From NCBI GenBank assembly GCA_016193395.1, contig JACPSH010000001.1:15895-79894 (forward strand): a stretch of 64,000 bases of DNA. Direction: 5' to 3'. The DNA comes from Gammaproteobacteria bacterium (GTDB taxonomy: Bacteria; Pseudomonadota; Gammaproteobacteria; Eutrophobiales; Eutrophobiaceae). This document shows positions 11,073-22,252 of this stretch, in pieces; the first letter of the stretch is position 1, and each line of letters starts with the position of its first letter. The notes under the pieces were generated by a model. That model did no database searches, had not been told where the DNA came from, and worked only from the letters and a program-made list of their open reading frames with translations. A program made the translations under genes and the position numbers.

Positions 11073-13289
11073 ATCCAGGGATGTTCTGCGTCAGAAATTC
11101 CGTAGTCCGCTTGCCAATCCCGGCGAGGCCTTTCAATTCCACCTGCAGGTAGACACCGGTCGAGTGATCGCCATCGAGGTTATTGAGGAAACGCCGGGCC
11201 ACGGCGCGGACGCCGAAGCAGCAGCTCTCATATTCGATTCCGCCGAATATTTCAAGGGACTTGCCTTCGGGAACGGCATAGTTCCAGCGTCCCACCAACG
11301 CCCACTGCGGCGTCAGCGGCCACCGGAACGATATATCGCTCTGCTCGATGTCGGTCGGATTGCGGCGGAAGTCCCCGCTCGGGGAACGCCGCACGCGGTA
11401 GGCCAGGTTCAGGAGGCGGCCATCGAGGGGATGGTACAGCAGGCGCAGTGCCAGTTTCTCGGTTATGTTCTCGCTGGGCTGCCAATGGATTTCGCTGCGC
11501 AGGTTCCAGTCATTGAAGATGCGCATCCCGGCCTCGCCGATGATCGGCCCCAGCGGGTCGTCCGTCGTCGCGCCGAAGGGAACCAGTTGACCAGCCGGGT
11601 TGAACACCATGCTGACTACGTCAACGTCGGAAAGATAATAAGACTCAGCGATGCGAAAGTAGGCGAGCGGGTTGCCGCTCTCGGCGTCGAACAGGCGTTG
11701 GGTAAAAGCCAGCGTGAACCGGTTGGCGTCACCCAGCCGATCCGGCCCGGTAAAGCGGTTATTGCGGAACAGCCCTTCGTACGAAAGGTTGAAAATGCAT
11801 AGCCTGAACCGCTCATGTCGAAGTCCCGCTCGAAGTAGACGCCGCTGTCCACGCTGGCGATGGGCAGGAGCCGGCTGGGACTGGACTTGAAGGGCCCGGA
11901 TTCGTTGAGATCGTATTGCGTGAACTGCAGGCCCAGGCGCGGCGTCAGGTACGCACTCCGGCCCTGTAGCGGGTAACTGAGGAAAGGCTGGAAATCCAGG
12001 CGCGCTCCATGCACGTCCGGCACGATGTCATTGTCCTCCCGATCGAGATTATCAAACTGCACGTGCGCGTTGAAATTGAGCCGGTTCGGACCGCGCAGCG
12101 GGTAGGCGTTAAAGCGGACCTGGGGCAGGCGCTCGTAGGGTCTGGACGTCACCGGGACTGTCCGGTCCATGGTCTGGTAGTCCTGAACCCGAATCATGGA
12201 ATCCCACCACGCACCGCGGTAAGTGAGATCGGCGCGGCGCTCCAGGTAACGCGCGCTGGTGACCGCGAGCTGGCTGCCGAAGTCCTCCAGATAGCGCTCG
12301 TCGGACGCGCGGTTATAGGTCGCGTACAGCCGGCCGCTGCGCGCGAAGGTCTGCTCATGGACAAAGTTGATCAGGCTCCGATCCTTGTCGCCGAACTCAT
12401 TGTCGCTGGGCAGATACTCGCCGCCGAACTGTCCACGCGCGCGCGGGAACAGATAGCGGAATTCACCCATGGCCAAGACGCCGTTGTCGGTGAGCAGCCG
12501 GGGCGCCACGGTCGCATCGAACTGCGGAGCAATGTTCAGGTAATAAGGAGTGCGCACTTCGAAGCCATGGTTGCTGCTGGTCCCGAACGCCGGCATCAGG
12601 AAGCCGCTCTTTCGTTTGTCGCTCAGGGGAAAGCTGAGGAAGGGTGAGTAGAGTACCGGGATGTCCTTCACCCGGAGGACGACGTGCTTGGCGGTGCCGC
12701 GCTCCTCCTCGTGATCGAGGATGATTTCGCGTGCCGAGATTTTCCAGGCGTTGGAGGCAAGATCCGGCCCTTCCGCCTCCGGTTCGCAGGTCGAATACTC
12801 GATGTCAGTGCCGCGCGTCTCCTTGCCCACGTCCCAGAACAGTTCCGCGGCGCTGCCATGGCCCCGGTTGCCGAGCACGCGGTAGTCCGCTTCCTGCGCG
12901 CTGCCGGTTCCGTCCTCGAATTCCAGATGCGCCGACTTGCCTTGCAGGTAGACGCTTTCGTCCCAGTAACGGACATCGCCCCACAGGTCGGCGTTGTCGG
13001 CCGGCTCGCTGTAATCGACCTTGTCGGCGACGACCTGCTGCTGGTCGCGTGTCATCTGCACGTGGCCGGTCAGGTGGGAAATGTCGCCCTCCGTGAGATC
13101 GACGTCATCGGCCAGCACGTGAATGTCTCCCGGTTCGAGCACATCCTCGACCACCGGTCGCGGCGGTACGTCCAGCCCGGCGGGACAGAAAGGGAAACCC
13201 TTTTCCGCGGAGGCATCCTGGGGCCGGGCGCCTGGCGAGAGGAGCAGCAATATCGCGGCAGCTGCGCTGTGCCGGAGGCGGAGCTTCAT
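11056..13289 (-). pseudogene. lptD: LPS assembly protein LptD, frameshifted near 11795-11800 (possibly a sequence artefact)
   Basis: N-terminal part RKSGFL, PYYLNIAP, YERLPQ, FERDF; a second frame continues LFRNNRFTGPDRLGDAN...EYESCC...QVELKGL; the usual QTLEPRLFYLY..DQ..LPVFDT segment is absent. Confidence 0.85.
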
Positions 13290-13466
13290 GACACGGGGTC
13301 TCACCCTGAGTTCCGCAAAATCGTGGATTGGTTCAATGCGTTCAGTCCCCATCCATCGGGCCGATCCCCCTGGTCCGGGCCGGATCCGCCGCCGGCGTAA
13401 TGCGCCGACATTGTATCAGAGGGCCCGCGGGGCTCCCGACCAGCCCGGGTACTTCCGGAACGGCCA

Positions 13467-13506
13467 GCAGGTCGATGCAAAACCTCGTTTTGCGTCACCC
13501 GGCTAG
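13467..13506. repeat. short palindrome related to the 5433-5652 element
   Basis: AGCAGGTCGATGCAAAACCTCGTTTTGCGTCACCCGGCTA resembles CAGGCTGATGCAAAACTTAGTTTTGCATCAGCCTGCTA at 5615-5652. Confidence 0.55.
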
Positions 13507-14120
13507 CGATAGAGCGAATCCTGATTGCGCCGGTAATACTCCAGGGTGCCCCGCACCGCCTGGATCAGGCCCCGCGGGGTAATGGTTGCGCCGCTGATCT
13601 GATCGAACTGGCCGCCATCGTGGCGGACCGCCCAGGCGCTCTCCGGAGTGTTGTCGAGCGAACGGCTGTCAAACTGCCGGATCCAGTCCGATTGCGACTG
13701 ATGCACCTGGTCGCCGAGTCCGGGTGTCTCCCCGTGGCGGGTTACCCGCACCCCAGTCAAGTCACCGGCCACCGACACGCCCACCGCCAGATCGATGCGG
13801 CCGTTGTAGCCCCTCGCGGGGACGGGCGTGAAAACCAGTCCCGCAGGCTGTCCGTTCCGGCGCGCGCGGAACAGGGACACGGGATCGGGGGATCCGAAGG
13901 CGGCCGCGTCCGAGATCTCGATGCGGTCGGCAAGCAGGTCGTTGTCGTGGTCGAGCGGCATGACGTCTCTCACGACAGCCAGCATCAGTCGCTCGCGGTT
14001 CATGCCGATACGCTGACCCGTCAGCGCGTGGAGCCCTGCAATGACCAGGCTGCTCACCATGGCGATCGCCGCCACGGGGAGGGCGATGCGCGCAAGACGA
14101 CCACGCGTTTCAAGCGCCAC
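13503..14120 (-). CDS. rsxG: Rnf/Rsx complex subunit G
   Basis: GYNGRI, HGETPGLGD, FDQISGATIT covalent-FMN motif; GTG start overlapping the rsxD stop. Confidence 0.92.
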   Translation of the reverse strand: MALETRGRLARIALPVAAIAMVSSLVIAGLHALTGQRIGMNRERLMLAVVRDVMPLDHDNDLLADRIEISDAAAFGSPDPVSLFRARRNGQPAGLVFTPVPARGYNGRIDLAVGVSVAGDLTGVRVTRHGETPGLGDQVHQSQSDWIRQFDSRSLDNTPESAWAVRHDGGQFDQISGATITPRGLIQAVRGTLEYYRRNQDSLYR

Positions 14121-15144
14121 TGCCTGATTCCCCCAAGACCCTGGGCCGGGTGTGATGGTCAATGAGCGGCGCGGCCGCGTTGCCCAGCAGCACCGCGAAG
14201 GCAATCCCATCCGGGTAGGCGCCCCAGACCCGGATCACGTACGTCAACGTTCCGATCAGCGCGCCGTAGATCAGGCGTCCGCGCGGCGTGGTGGACGCGC
14301 TCACCGGGTCGGTAGCGACGAAAAACGCGCCAAGCATGGTGGCCCCGCCGAAGAGGTGGAAAATCGGCGATGCGTACACGTCGGCGTCGTAGAGATGGAA
14401 TCCGGTGCTGACCGTGGTCAGCGCAATGAGCATTGCGGCCGGAATATGCCACTTGACGATGCCCATGACGAGCAGCGCTATCCCCCCGGCCAGGAATCCC
14501 GCGCTGATCCATTCCCAGCCCCGTCCGCCGAAGGTGCCGAATACGGGATCCGCGCGGATCTCGGAAATCATGCCCATCAATCCGAGCCGCGATTTCATGT
14601 AACCGAGCGCGGTCGCACCGCTGGTTGCGTCAACCATCTCGCGGCCGGGAAGAAAGATCGCGCGCAGGCTGTCGCCGAGCCCGAGGCCGGTTTCGAGAGT
14701 GCCCGGGGCCGCCGGCCAGGAGTTCATTTCGCGCGGGAAACAGAGCAGCACGAATACGAAACCCGCCATGGCCGGATTGAACGGGTTGTAACCGATGCCT
14801 CCAAACGCGTGTTTGGCGGCGGCGATGGCGAAGATGATCCCGGTAAGAACCATCCACCACGGCGTGGTCGGCGGGATGCACAGGGCAAGCAGCAGGCCGG
14901 TGACTACCGCGCTGCCGTCGCGGAGGAAGAGACCCACCGGCCGGCCGCGCAGCTTCAGCAGCAGCGCCTCCAGAGCAAGTGCGAAGCACGCCGCCAGCAC
15001 GCACTGGATCAGGATGCCGATGCCGAAATACCACGCATAGAGCAGGATCCCGGGCAGCAGCGCCAGCGCAACGCGCAACATCACCGCGGTGATCGTTGCT
15101 CCGCCATGGCGGTGCGGAGAGCTGATGAACGCCGCCTCAGTCAT
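14110..15144 (-). CDS. rsxD: Rnf/Rsx complex subunit D
   Basis: SSPH, DGSAVVTGLL, FGGIGYNPFNPA, SGAT, ATDPVS, YPDGIAFAVLL. Confidence 0.94.
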   Translation of the reverse strand: MTEAAFISSPHRHGGATITAVMLRVALALLPGILLYAWYFGIGILIQCVLAACFALALEALLLKLRGRPVGLFLRDGSAVVTGLLLALCIPPTTPWWMVLTGIIFAIAAAKHAFGGIGYNPFNPAMAGFVFVLLCFPREMNSWPAAPGTLETGLGLGDSLRAIFLPGREMVDATSGATALGYMKSRLGLMGMISEIRADPVFGTFGGRGWEWISAGFLAGGIALLVMGIVKWHIPAAMLIALTTVSTGFHLYDADVYASPIFHLFGGATMLGAFFVATDPVSASTTPRGRLIYGALIGTLTYVIRVWGAYPDGIAFAVLLGNAAAPLIDHHTRPRVLGESGSGA

Positions 15145-16648
15145 CGCCGCCCTGGTTCGGATCGCGCTGCAGGCGCCTGTCGCGCACGCGTTCCACCGCG
15201 TCGCTGATGTACGCACGTTTCTCCGCGATGTCGGCGCCTGCTGCGGCCGGCAACGCACCATTCCGCGAGCGCTCCTGCCGATCCAGCCTGGCATTGCGGG
15301 CGAGGAACCGCGTCCGCGCGTGGTCGGCGCCCTGGCGCTGGCGCTCCGCGGCGGCGATCCGCGATTTGGCGTGGCGGTAGTACTGCACAAGCGGAATGTG
15401 GCTCGGGCAGACATAGGCGCAGCAGCCGCATTCGATGCAGTCGAACAGGTGGTAGCGTTGGGCCTCATCCTGGTCGTCGGATCGGGCATGCCAGTAGAGT
15501 TGTTGCGGCAACAGCTTGATCGGACAAACGTCCACGCAGTCGCCGCAGCGAATGCAGGGCAGTTCCGCGGCCGGTTCCCGCGCCGGCTGGACCAACACGC
15601 AGTTGGTGGTCTTGATTACCGGGATGTCGAGCCGGCGCAGGTGCGTCCCCATCATTGGCCCGCCGAGGATAATGCGCGCTTCGCCGTCCTCGCGGAATCC
15701 GCAGGTCCTGAGGCAATCGTGGATCGGCGTGCCGAGCAGCACCTGGAGGTTGCGCGGCCGGTCGACATCGCCGGTCACCGTGACGTAACGGGAAACCTGG
15801 GGTTCGCCGCGGGTCACCGCGCGGTAGACAGCCGCAGCGGTCGCGACGTTGTGCACGACGATGCCGATATGGATGGAGAGGCCGCCGCTCGGGACCTCGA
15901 ATCCGGTGAGCATCTTGATGAGCTGTTTCTCGCCGCCGGCGGGATAGCGGGTCGGCACCTTCACGAGTTCGATGTCGTCCTCCACCAGCTTTTCCAGCGC
16001 CGCGAAGGACTGCGGCATGTCCTCTTCGACCGCGATAACGCAATGCTTCGCCTGCACCGCATGCGCAATCATGCGCGCGCCGGCGACGACGTAAGTCGCC
16101 TTTTCCTGGATCAGCCGGTCGTCACAGGTGATATACGGCTCGCATTCGACGCCGTTGATGATGAGCGTGTCCACGGCGTTTTCCACGCCTTCATTGAGCT
16201 TGACGTGCGTCGGGAAACCGGCGCCGCCAAGCCCGGCGATGCCGCAGTCGCGGATGACGGCCTGCAACTCCCTGGGGTCCACCGAGGCGTACTCGTGCAC
16301 CGGCTGGATCTCGAACCATTCATCCCGGCCGTCCGGCTCGATGACAATGCAACGCGCATCAGGCGTGGCGGGGTTGCCGACGGGATGGAGCCCGATGTCG
16401 ACGATCGTGCCGGACGTGCTGGCATGCACCGGGACGCTCACGTATCCACTGGCCCGCGCGATCATCTGTCCCTTGCGCACGCGTTCGCCCATGCCGACGA
16501 TGGGTTCAGCCGGCAGTCCGATGTGTTGCTGCAGCGGCAGCACGATGCGCTCGGGGAGGGGTTGCAGCAGCGACGACTCCGCGCAGGTCTTCTCCTTGTG
16601 CGTTTCCAGATGCAGTCCGCCTGGGAACGCGTGCAGCGCGCGCATCAT
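15137..16648 (-). CDS. rsxC: Rnf/Rsx complex subunit C
   Basis: [52 protein letters not shown]. Confidence 0.95.
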   Translation of the reverse strand: MMRALHAFPGGLHLETHKEKTCAESSLLQPLPERIVLPLQQHIGLPAEPIVGMGERVRKGQMIARASGYVSVPVHASTSGTIVDIGLHPVGNPATPDARCIVIEPDGRDEWFEIQPVHEYASVDPRELQAVIRDCGIAGLGGAGFPTHVKLNEGVENAVDTLIINGVECEPYITCDDRLIQEKATYVVAGARMIAHAVQAKHCVIAVEEDMPQSFAALEKLVEDDIELVKVPTRYPAGGEKQLIKMLTGFEVPSGGLSIHIGIVVHNVATAAAVYRAVTRGEPQVSRYVTVTGDVDRPRNLQVLLGTPIHDCLRTCGFREDGEARIILGGPMMGTHLRRLDIPVIKTTNCVLVQPAREPAAELPCIRCGDCVDVCPIKLLPQQLYWHARSDDQDEAQRYHLFDCIECGCCAYVCPSHIPLVQYYRHAKSRIAAAERQRQGADHARTRFLARNARLDRQERSRNGALPAAAGADIAEKRAYISDAVERVRDRRLQRDPNQGGDD

Positions 16649-17205
16649 GCAGCACGTCCATATGCCGGACCCGGCTTTGGCCAGACCGGTTTTCCCGGGG
16701 CCGCCACCGGAGGACGCAGGTCAATGCAGTCGACGGGGCAGGGGGCCACACAGAGACCGCAACCGGTGCAGAACTGCGGGATGACCGTGTGCATCTGACC
16801 GGCCGCGCCCAGGATCGCGTCCACGGGGCACGCCCGCACGCACTTGAGGCAGCCGATGCAGGCCGCTTCGTCGATATGCGCAAGGCGCGCATTCACGACA
16901 GGGGCAAGCGCGGGATCCAGCGTCTTCGGGACGGTGCCGAGGAGTTCCGCCAGCAATGTAATGGTGTGGTCTCCGCCCGGCGGGCAACGGTTGATGTCGG
17001 CGAGGCCGCCTGCGACCGCCTCGGCGTACGGCCGGCAACCGGAGTATCCGCACAGCCCACATTGCGTCTGAGGCAGCAATGCGTCGATGCGATCCGCAAG
17101 CCACTGCTTGCGTTGAAGGCCCCGACGGTTCAGCGGGTGTACCGCGCAGGCCAGGCCGCCGAGCAAGGCCATGACCAGCGCAACGACGAGTCCGACCCCG
17201 CTCAT
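16645..17205 (-). CDS. rsxB: Rnf/Rsx complex subunit B
   Basis: [23 protein letters not shown], two CxxCxxC ferredoxin motifs. Confidence 0.93.
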   Translation of the reverse strand: MSGVGLVVALVMALLGGLACAVHPLNRRGLQRKQWLADRIDALLPQTQCGLCGYSGCRPYAEAVAGGLADINRCPPGGDHTITLLAELLGTVPKTLDPALAPVVNARLAHIDEAACIGCLKCVRACPVDAILGAAGQMHTVIPQFCTGCGLCVAPCPVDCIDLRPPVAAPGKPVWPKPGPAYGRAA

Positions 17206-17783
17206 AGTCTGGTCAGGCCGGTAAAGCCCATGAATGCCATGGACAGGATCCCCAGCGCCATGAGCAGCGCCGCGGCGCCTTGGAAGGGCCGCGGCACATC
17301 GGCCACGAGCAGGCGTTCATGCAGCGCGGCGACCAGGATCACGACGAGGCCAAACCCCGCCGCGGCGCCCAGACCATAAAACAATGAGCCGGCGAAGCCG
17401 AAATGTTGCCCGGCGTTGAGCAGGACGACGCCGAGCACCGCGCTGTTTCCAAGCACGAGGGGCACGAAGTCCCGGTAGCGGTCATGCCAGTCCGGCCGCA
17501 GGCGCGCCAGCACGGCGGCGCCGGACATCACTACTACAATGATCACCAGCACAAAGGCCAGTAGTTCGAGGTACGCGAGACCGGAAGCGCGCAGGACGGC
17601 ATGGCTGACGACCCACGTGACCGGCGTCGCTACGGTAAGCGCGACGGCGGTGACCAGGCTCATCCCGGCGGCCACGTCAATCTTTCTGGAGAGTCCGACG
17701 CCGGCGCCGACGCCGATCAGGTGGTGGAGTACGAGGTTGTTGACGAGAGACGCGCTGATAAAGATGAGGAGCAGGTCGGACAC
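17202..17783 (-). CDS. rsxA: Rnf/Rsx complex subunit A, divergent and cysteine-free
   Basis: [24 protein letters not shown]; first gene of the rsx operon. Confidence 0.85.
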   Translation of the reverse strand: MSDLLLIFISASLVNNLVLHHLIGVGAGVGLSRKIDVAAGMSLVTAVALTVATPVTWVVSHAVLRASGLAYLELLAFVLVIIVVVMSGAAVLARLRPDWHDRYRDFVPLVLGNSAVLGVVLLNAGQHFGFAGSLFYGLGAAAGFGLVVILVAALHERLLVADVPRPFQGAAALLMALGILSMAFMGFTGLTRL

Positions 17784-17868
17784 GGAGTGGCCCTGCGTGC
17801 GCTGGATTCGGATCAGTATGGAGCGAATCCGCAACCTCAACAAGCGCCGGCGGGGCCCGGCAGCGGCG

Positions 17869-19881
17869 CTACGTGATGCGCATCCCGGGCTCCGCGCCGG
17901 TGTCCGGGCTGAGCAGGAAAAGCTCCGTGCCGCCGTGGCCTGCCGCCAGCACCATGCCTTCGGACGTTCCAAAGCGCATCTTGCGCGGCTGCAGGTTGGC
18001 GACCACGGCCGTCAGCCTTCCGATGAGTTTCTCCGGCGCATAGGCCGTCTTGATCCCGGCGAAGACCGTGCGGGTCTCCGTGCCGAGATCGATCGTGAGC
18101 TTGAGCAGCTTGTCCGCCCCGTCCACGTGCTCGGCATTGACAATGCGCGCGACGCGCAAATCCACCTTGTTGAAATCGTCGATGGAAATGAATGCAGCGC
18201 TTTCCTGCGGCCTTGCTCCCGCTTTGTTTGCTTCCACCATGACCTCCACTTGCTTTGCGTCTATCCGCGTCATCAGATGTGAATAGGGGTTGACGCGGGC
18301 CGGTAGTTCCACCGCGTCCTCCCACGTGAAATCCTTTCCGAGCCCGAAGAACTCCCGCGCCGCGCGACCGCACAAAGCCGGCAGCACCGGCGCGAGCAGG
18401 ACCGACAACAGCTTGAAGCCCTGCAATGTCCGCGAACAGATATCCTGCAGCTCCGTACGTTTCGACGGATCCTTTGCAAGTTCCCAGGGTTGCGCGGCAT
18501 CGAACGCGCGATTGATCCGATCGGCGAACTCCATCGCGGCGCGGATCGCCTTTCCGAAATCCCGCGACTCGTAATGTTCAGCGACCTGGGCGAGCGCGAC
18601 CTTCGCCCCGGCGACCAGCGGCTTGGTATCGCCTGCATAGGCAAGCTGGCCGCCGAACTGCCGCGAGATGAAGCCCGCCGCGCGGCTCGCGATGTTCACG
18701 TACTTGCCGATGAGATCCGAGTTCACGCGCGCGACAAAATCCTCCAGGTTCAGATCGACGTCCTCCATCGTGCCGTTGAGCTTCGCCGCGTAGTAGTAGC
18801 GCAGGTACTCGGGATTGCCGACGTGATCCAGGTAGCTGCGCGCCGTGATGAAGGTGCCGCGCGACTTCGACATCTTCTCGCCGTTCACGGTGAGGAACCC
18901 GTGGGCGAATATCGAAGTCGGCTTGCGGTAACCGGCCCCTTCCAGCACCGCCGGCCAGAACAGGGCGTGGAAGTAGAGGATGTCCTTGCCTATGAAATGG
19001 TACAGCTCCACGGCGCTGCCCGGCGCCCAGAAATCCTCGAAGCGCAGGCCCGTCTTGGCGCAATGGTTGCTGAAACTCGCCATGTAGCCGATTGGGGCAT
19101 CCAGCCAGACGTAGAAGAATTTCCCCGGCGCATCCGGGATTTCAAATCCGAAATAGGGCGCATCGCGCGAGATGTCCCAGTCCCTGAGCCCGGCCGCGAA
19201 CCATTCATCGAGCTTGTTCGCCGCCTCCGCCTGTACGTGGCGCACGTCGGTGATATCCGGGAACAGCCACTTGCGCAGCCCGTCCTCGAAGTCGCCGAGG
19301 CGGAAAAACAGGTGCTCCGACTCGCGTTCCACGGGCGGCGCGCCGGAGAGGACGGAAACCGGGTTTTTCAGATCGGTCGGCGAGTAAGTCGCGCCGCAGG
19401 ATTCGCAGGCGTCTCCGTACTGGTCAGCCGCGCCGCAGCGCGGACATTCGCCCTTGATAAAGCGGTCCGGCAGGAACAGGTGCTTGACCGGGTCGTAGGC
19501 CTGCCGGATGGTGCGCGCGACGATATGGCCGCCCGCCTTCAGCCGCCGGTAAATCTCCTCGGAAAGCTGGCGATTCTCGATGGAATGCGTGCTGTGGTAG
19601 TTGTCGACGCTAATGTGGAAATCGGCGAAGTCCCGGCGGTGCTCGGCATAGATTCGCTCGATCAGCGCCTCCGGCGGGATGCCTTCGGACTCCGCGCGCA
19701 GCATGACCGGCGTGCCGTGCGTGTCGTCGGCGCACACGTAGTGCACGTCGTGTCCCCGCATCCGCTGAAAGCGCACCCAGACGTCGGTCTGGACGTACTC
19801 CAGGAGATGGCCCAGGTGGATCGGGCCGTTGGCGTAGGGCAGGGCGCTGGTGACGAGGAGGCGGCGTTTGTTTTCCGGCAT
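17869..19881 (-). CDS. metG: methionyl-tRNA synthetase
   Basis: [13 protein letters not shown], Zn knuckle, KMSKS, C-terminal tRNA-binding OB domain. Confidence 0.97.
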   Translation of the reverse strand: MPENKRRLLVTSALPYANGPIHLGHLLEYVQTDVWVRFQRMRGHDVHYVCADDTHGTPVMLRAESEGIPPEALIERIYAEHRRDFADFHISVDNYHSTHSIENRQLSEEIYRRLKAGGHIVARTIRQAYDPVKHLFLPDRFIKGECPRCGAADQYGDACESCGATYSPTDLKNPVSVLSGAPPVERESEHLFFRLGDFEDGLRKWLFPDITDVRHVQAEAANKLDEWFAAGLRDWDISRDAPYFGFEIPDAPGKFFYVWLDAPIGYMASFSNHCAKTGLRFEDFWAPGSAVELYHFIGKDILYFHALFWPAVLEGAGYRKPTSIFAHGFLTVNGEKMSKSRGTFITARSYLDHVGNPEYLRYYYAAKLNGTMEDVDLNLEDFVARVNSDLIGKYVNIASRAAGFISRQFGGQLAYAGDTKPLVAGAKVALAQVAEHYESRDFGKAIRAAMEFADRINRAFDAAQPWELAKDPSKRTELQDICSRTLQGFKLLSVLLAPVLPALCGRAAREFFGLGKDFTWEDAVELPARVNPYSHLMTRIDAKQVEVMVEANKAGARPQESAAFISIDDFNKVDLRVARIVNAEHVDGADKLLKLTIDLGTETRTVFAGIKTAYAPEKLIGRLTAVVANLQPRKMRFGTSEGMVLAAGHGGTELFLLSPDTGAEPGMRIT

Positions 19882-20137
19882 GACGTTCTCTTTATATCGT
19901 ACGGACTAAGCTAGCATTTGCCGCCGAAAGCGTGAAGGTAATCACGGCGCGCCCCCCAATGGGAATCGGTATGCGAGCCCCCGGAATCGGGCCACAAAGC
20001 CCGCGCCGTGGCATATACTAACGGCACAGTCAGTCTGCCACCCGATATTCAATGTCGAAATCAACATGGTGCTTGGCGGACCGGAGCTTGCGGCATCCGA
20101 CATCCAGATCGTCGCCTGAGCACGATGCCCGCCGATT

Positions 20138-21229
<1,092 letters not shown>

Positions 21230-21230
21230 T

Positions 21231-21685
21231 TCGTTCCTCGTTCCTCGTTCCTCGTGCCTCGCGGCACGGGAATTGGATACAGTATCAGTAGGTGTGTTGA
21301 AGTCGGCAGACGGAAAGCCCAGGGAGGGGTCGATGAGCATACTAAACTACAGGGATCTCAAGATTTGGCAACTTGGCAAGCAGTTGGCCGTGGAGATTTA
21401 TCGTTGCACCGGCACATTTCCGAGTGCTGAAACCTTTGGAATGTCCAGCCAAATGAGACGGGCTGCGGTTTCAATTCCTTCAAACATTAGATATCTCTAC
21501 TTTGCGCTTGCTTCCTGTGCCGAACTGGAGACGCAGAGCGAATTGGCATTTGAGCTCGGCTATGTTGGCGAGAGTTGGAAGACAGATTGCGTGGAAATGA
21601 CGAACCACGAATCGCGGATGATTCGAAAACTGATCGCTCAGATGCAGCCTACGAGGCGCGAGGCACGAGGCACGAGGCACGCGGA
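21231..21685. repeat. inverted heptamer tandem arrays enclosing the four-helix-bundle gene
   Basis: Left arm TCGTTCC x3 + TCGTGCC (21231-21258); right arm ACGAGGC GCGAGGC ACGAGGC ACGAGGC (21651-21678). Confidence 0.8.
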
Positions 21686-21689
21686 ATGA
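21333..21689 (+). CDS. four-helix-bundle (23S rRNA IVS-like) protein with apparent in-frame deletion
   Basis: [41 protein letters not shown]; the AEGxxR segment is missing. Confidence 0.8.
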   Translation: MSILNYRDLKIWQLGKQLAVEIYRCTGTFPSAETFGMSSQMRRAAVSIPSNIRYLYFALASCAELETQSELAFELGYVGESWKTDCVEMTNHESRMIRKLIAQMQPTRREARGTRHAE

Positions 21690-22252
21690 GCGTCAAGTCC
21701 GACAAGTGGATCCGCCGCATGGCGAAGGAACACGGCCTCATCGAGCCCTTCGAGCCCGGCCAGGTCAGGCGCAACGGCGACCGGCGCCTGGTGTCGTTCG
21801 GCACCTCGAGCTATGGCTACGACGTGCGCTGCGCGGACGAGTTCAAGATCTTCACGAACATCAATTCGACGATCGTCGATCCGAAGGAATTCGACGAGCG
21901 TTCCTTCGTCGACTTCAAGGGCGAGGTCTGCATCATCCCGCCCAATTCCTTCGCGCTGGCGCGCACCGTCGAGTACTTCCGCATTCCGCGCAACATCCTG
22001 ACAATTTGTTTAGGAAAATCGACGTACGCTCGTTGCGGCATAATCGTGAATGTAACGCCATTGGAACCGGAGTGGGAAGGCCACGTCACGCTGGAATTCT
22101 CCAACACCACGCCACTGCCGGCGAAGGTGTATGCCAACGAGGGTGTCGCGCAGGTGATCTTCCTCGAGTCCGACGAGGAGTGCGAAACCTCCTACAAGGA
22201 TCGCGGCGGCAAGTACCAGGGCCAGAAGGGCGTCACTTTGCCGAAGACCTGA
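21686..22252 (+). CDS. dcd: dCTP deaminase
   Basis: [38 protein letters not shown]. Confidence 0.96.
   Translation: MSVKSDKWIRRMAKEHGLIEPFEPGQVRRNGDRRLVSFGTSSYGYDVRCADEFKIFTNINSTIVDPKEFDERSFVDFKGEVCIIPPNSFALARTVEYFRIPRNILTICLGKSTYARCGIIVNVTPLEPEWEGHVTLEFSNTTPLPAKVYANEGVAQVIFLESDEECETSYKDRGGKYQGQKGVTLPKT

Noticed and set aside
9612..11105. Long antisense ORFs here and elsewhere (e.g. 15089-16798, 27891-29600, 38883-40724)
   Set aside because: These are shadow frames of well-supported genes in high-GC DNA and carry no protein motifs.
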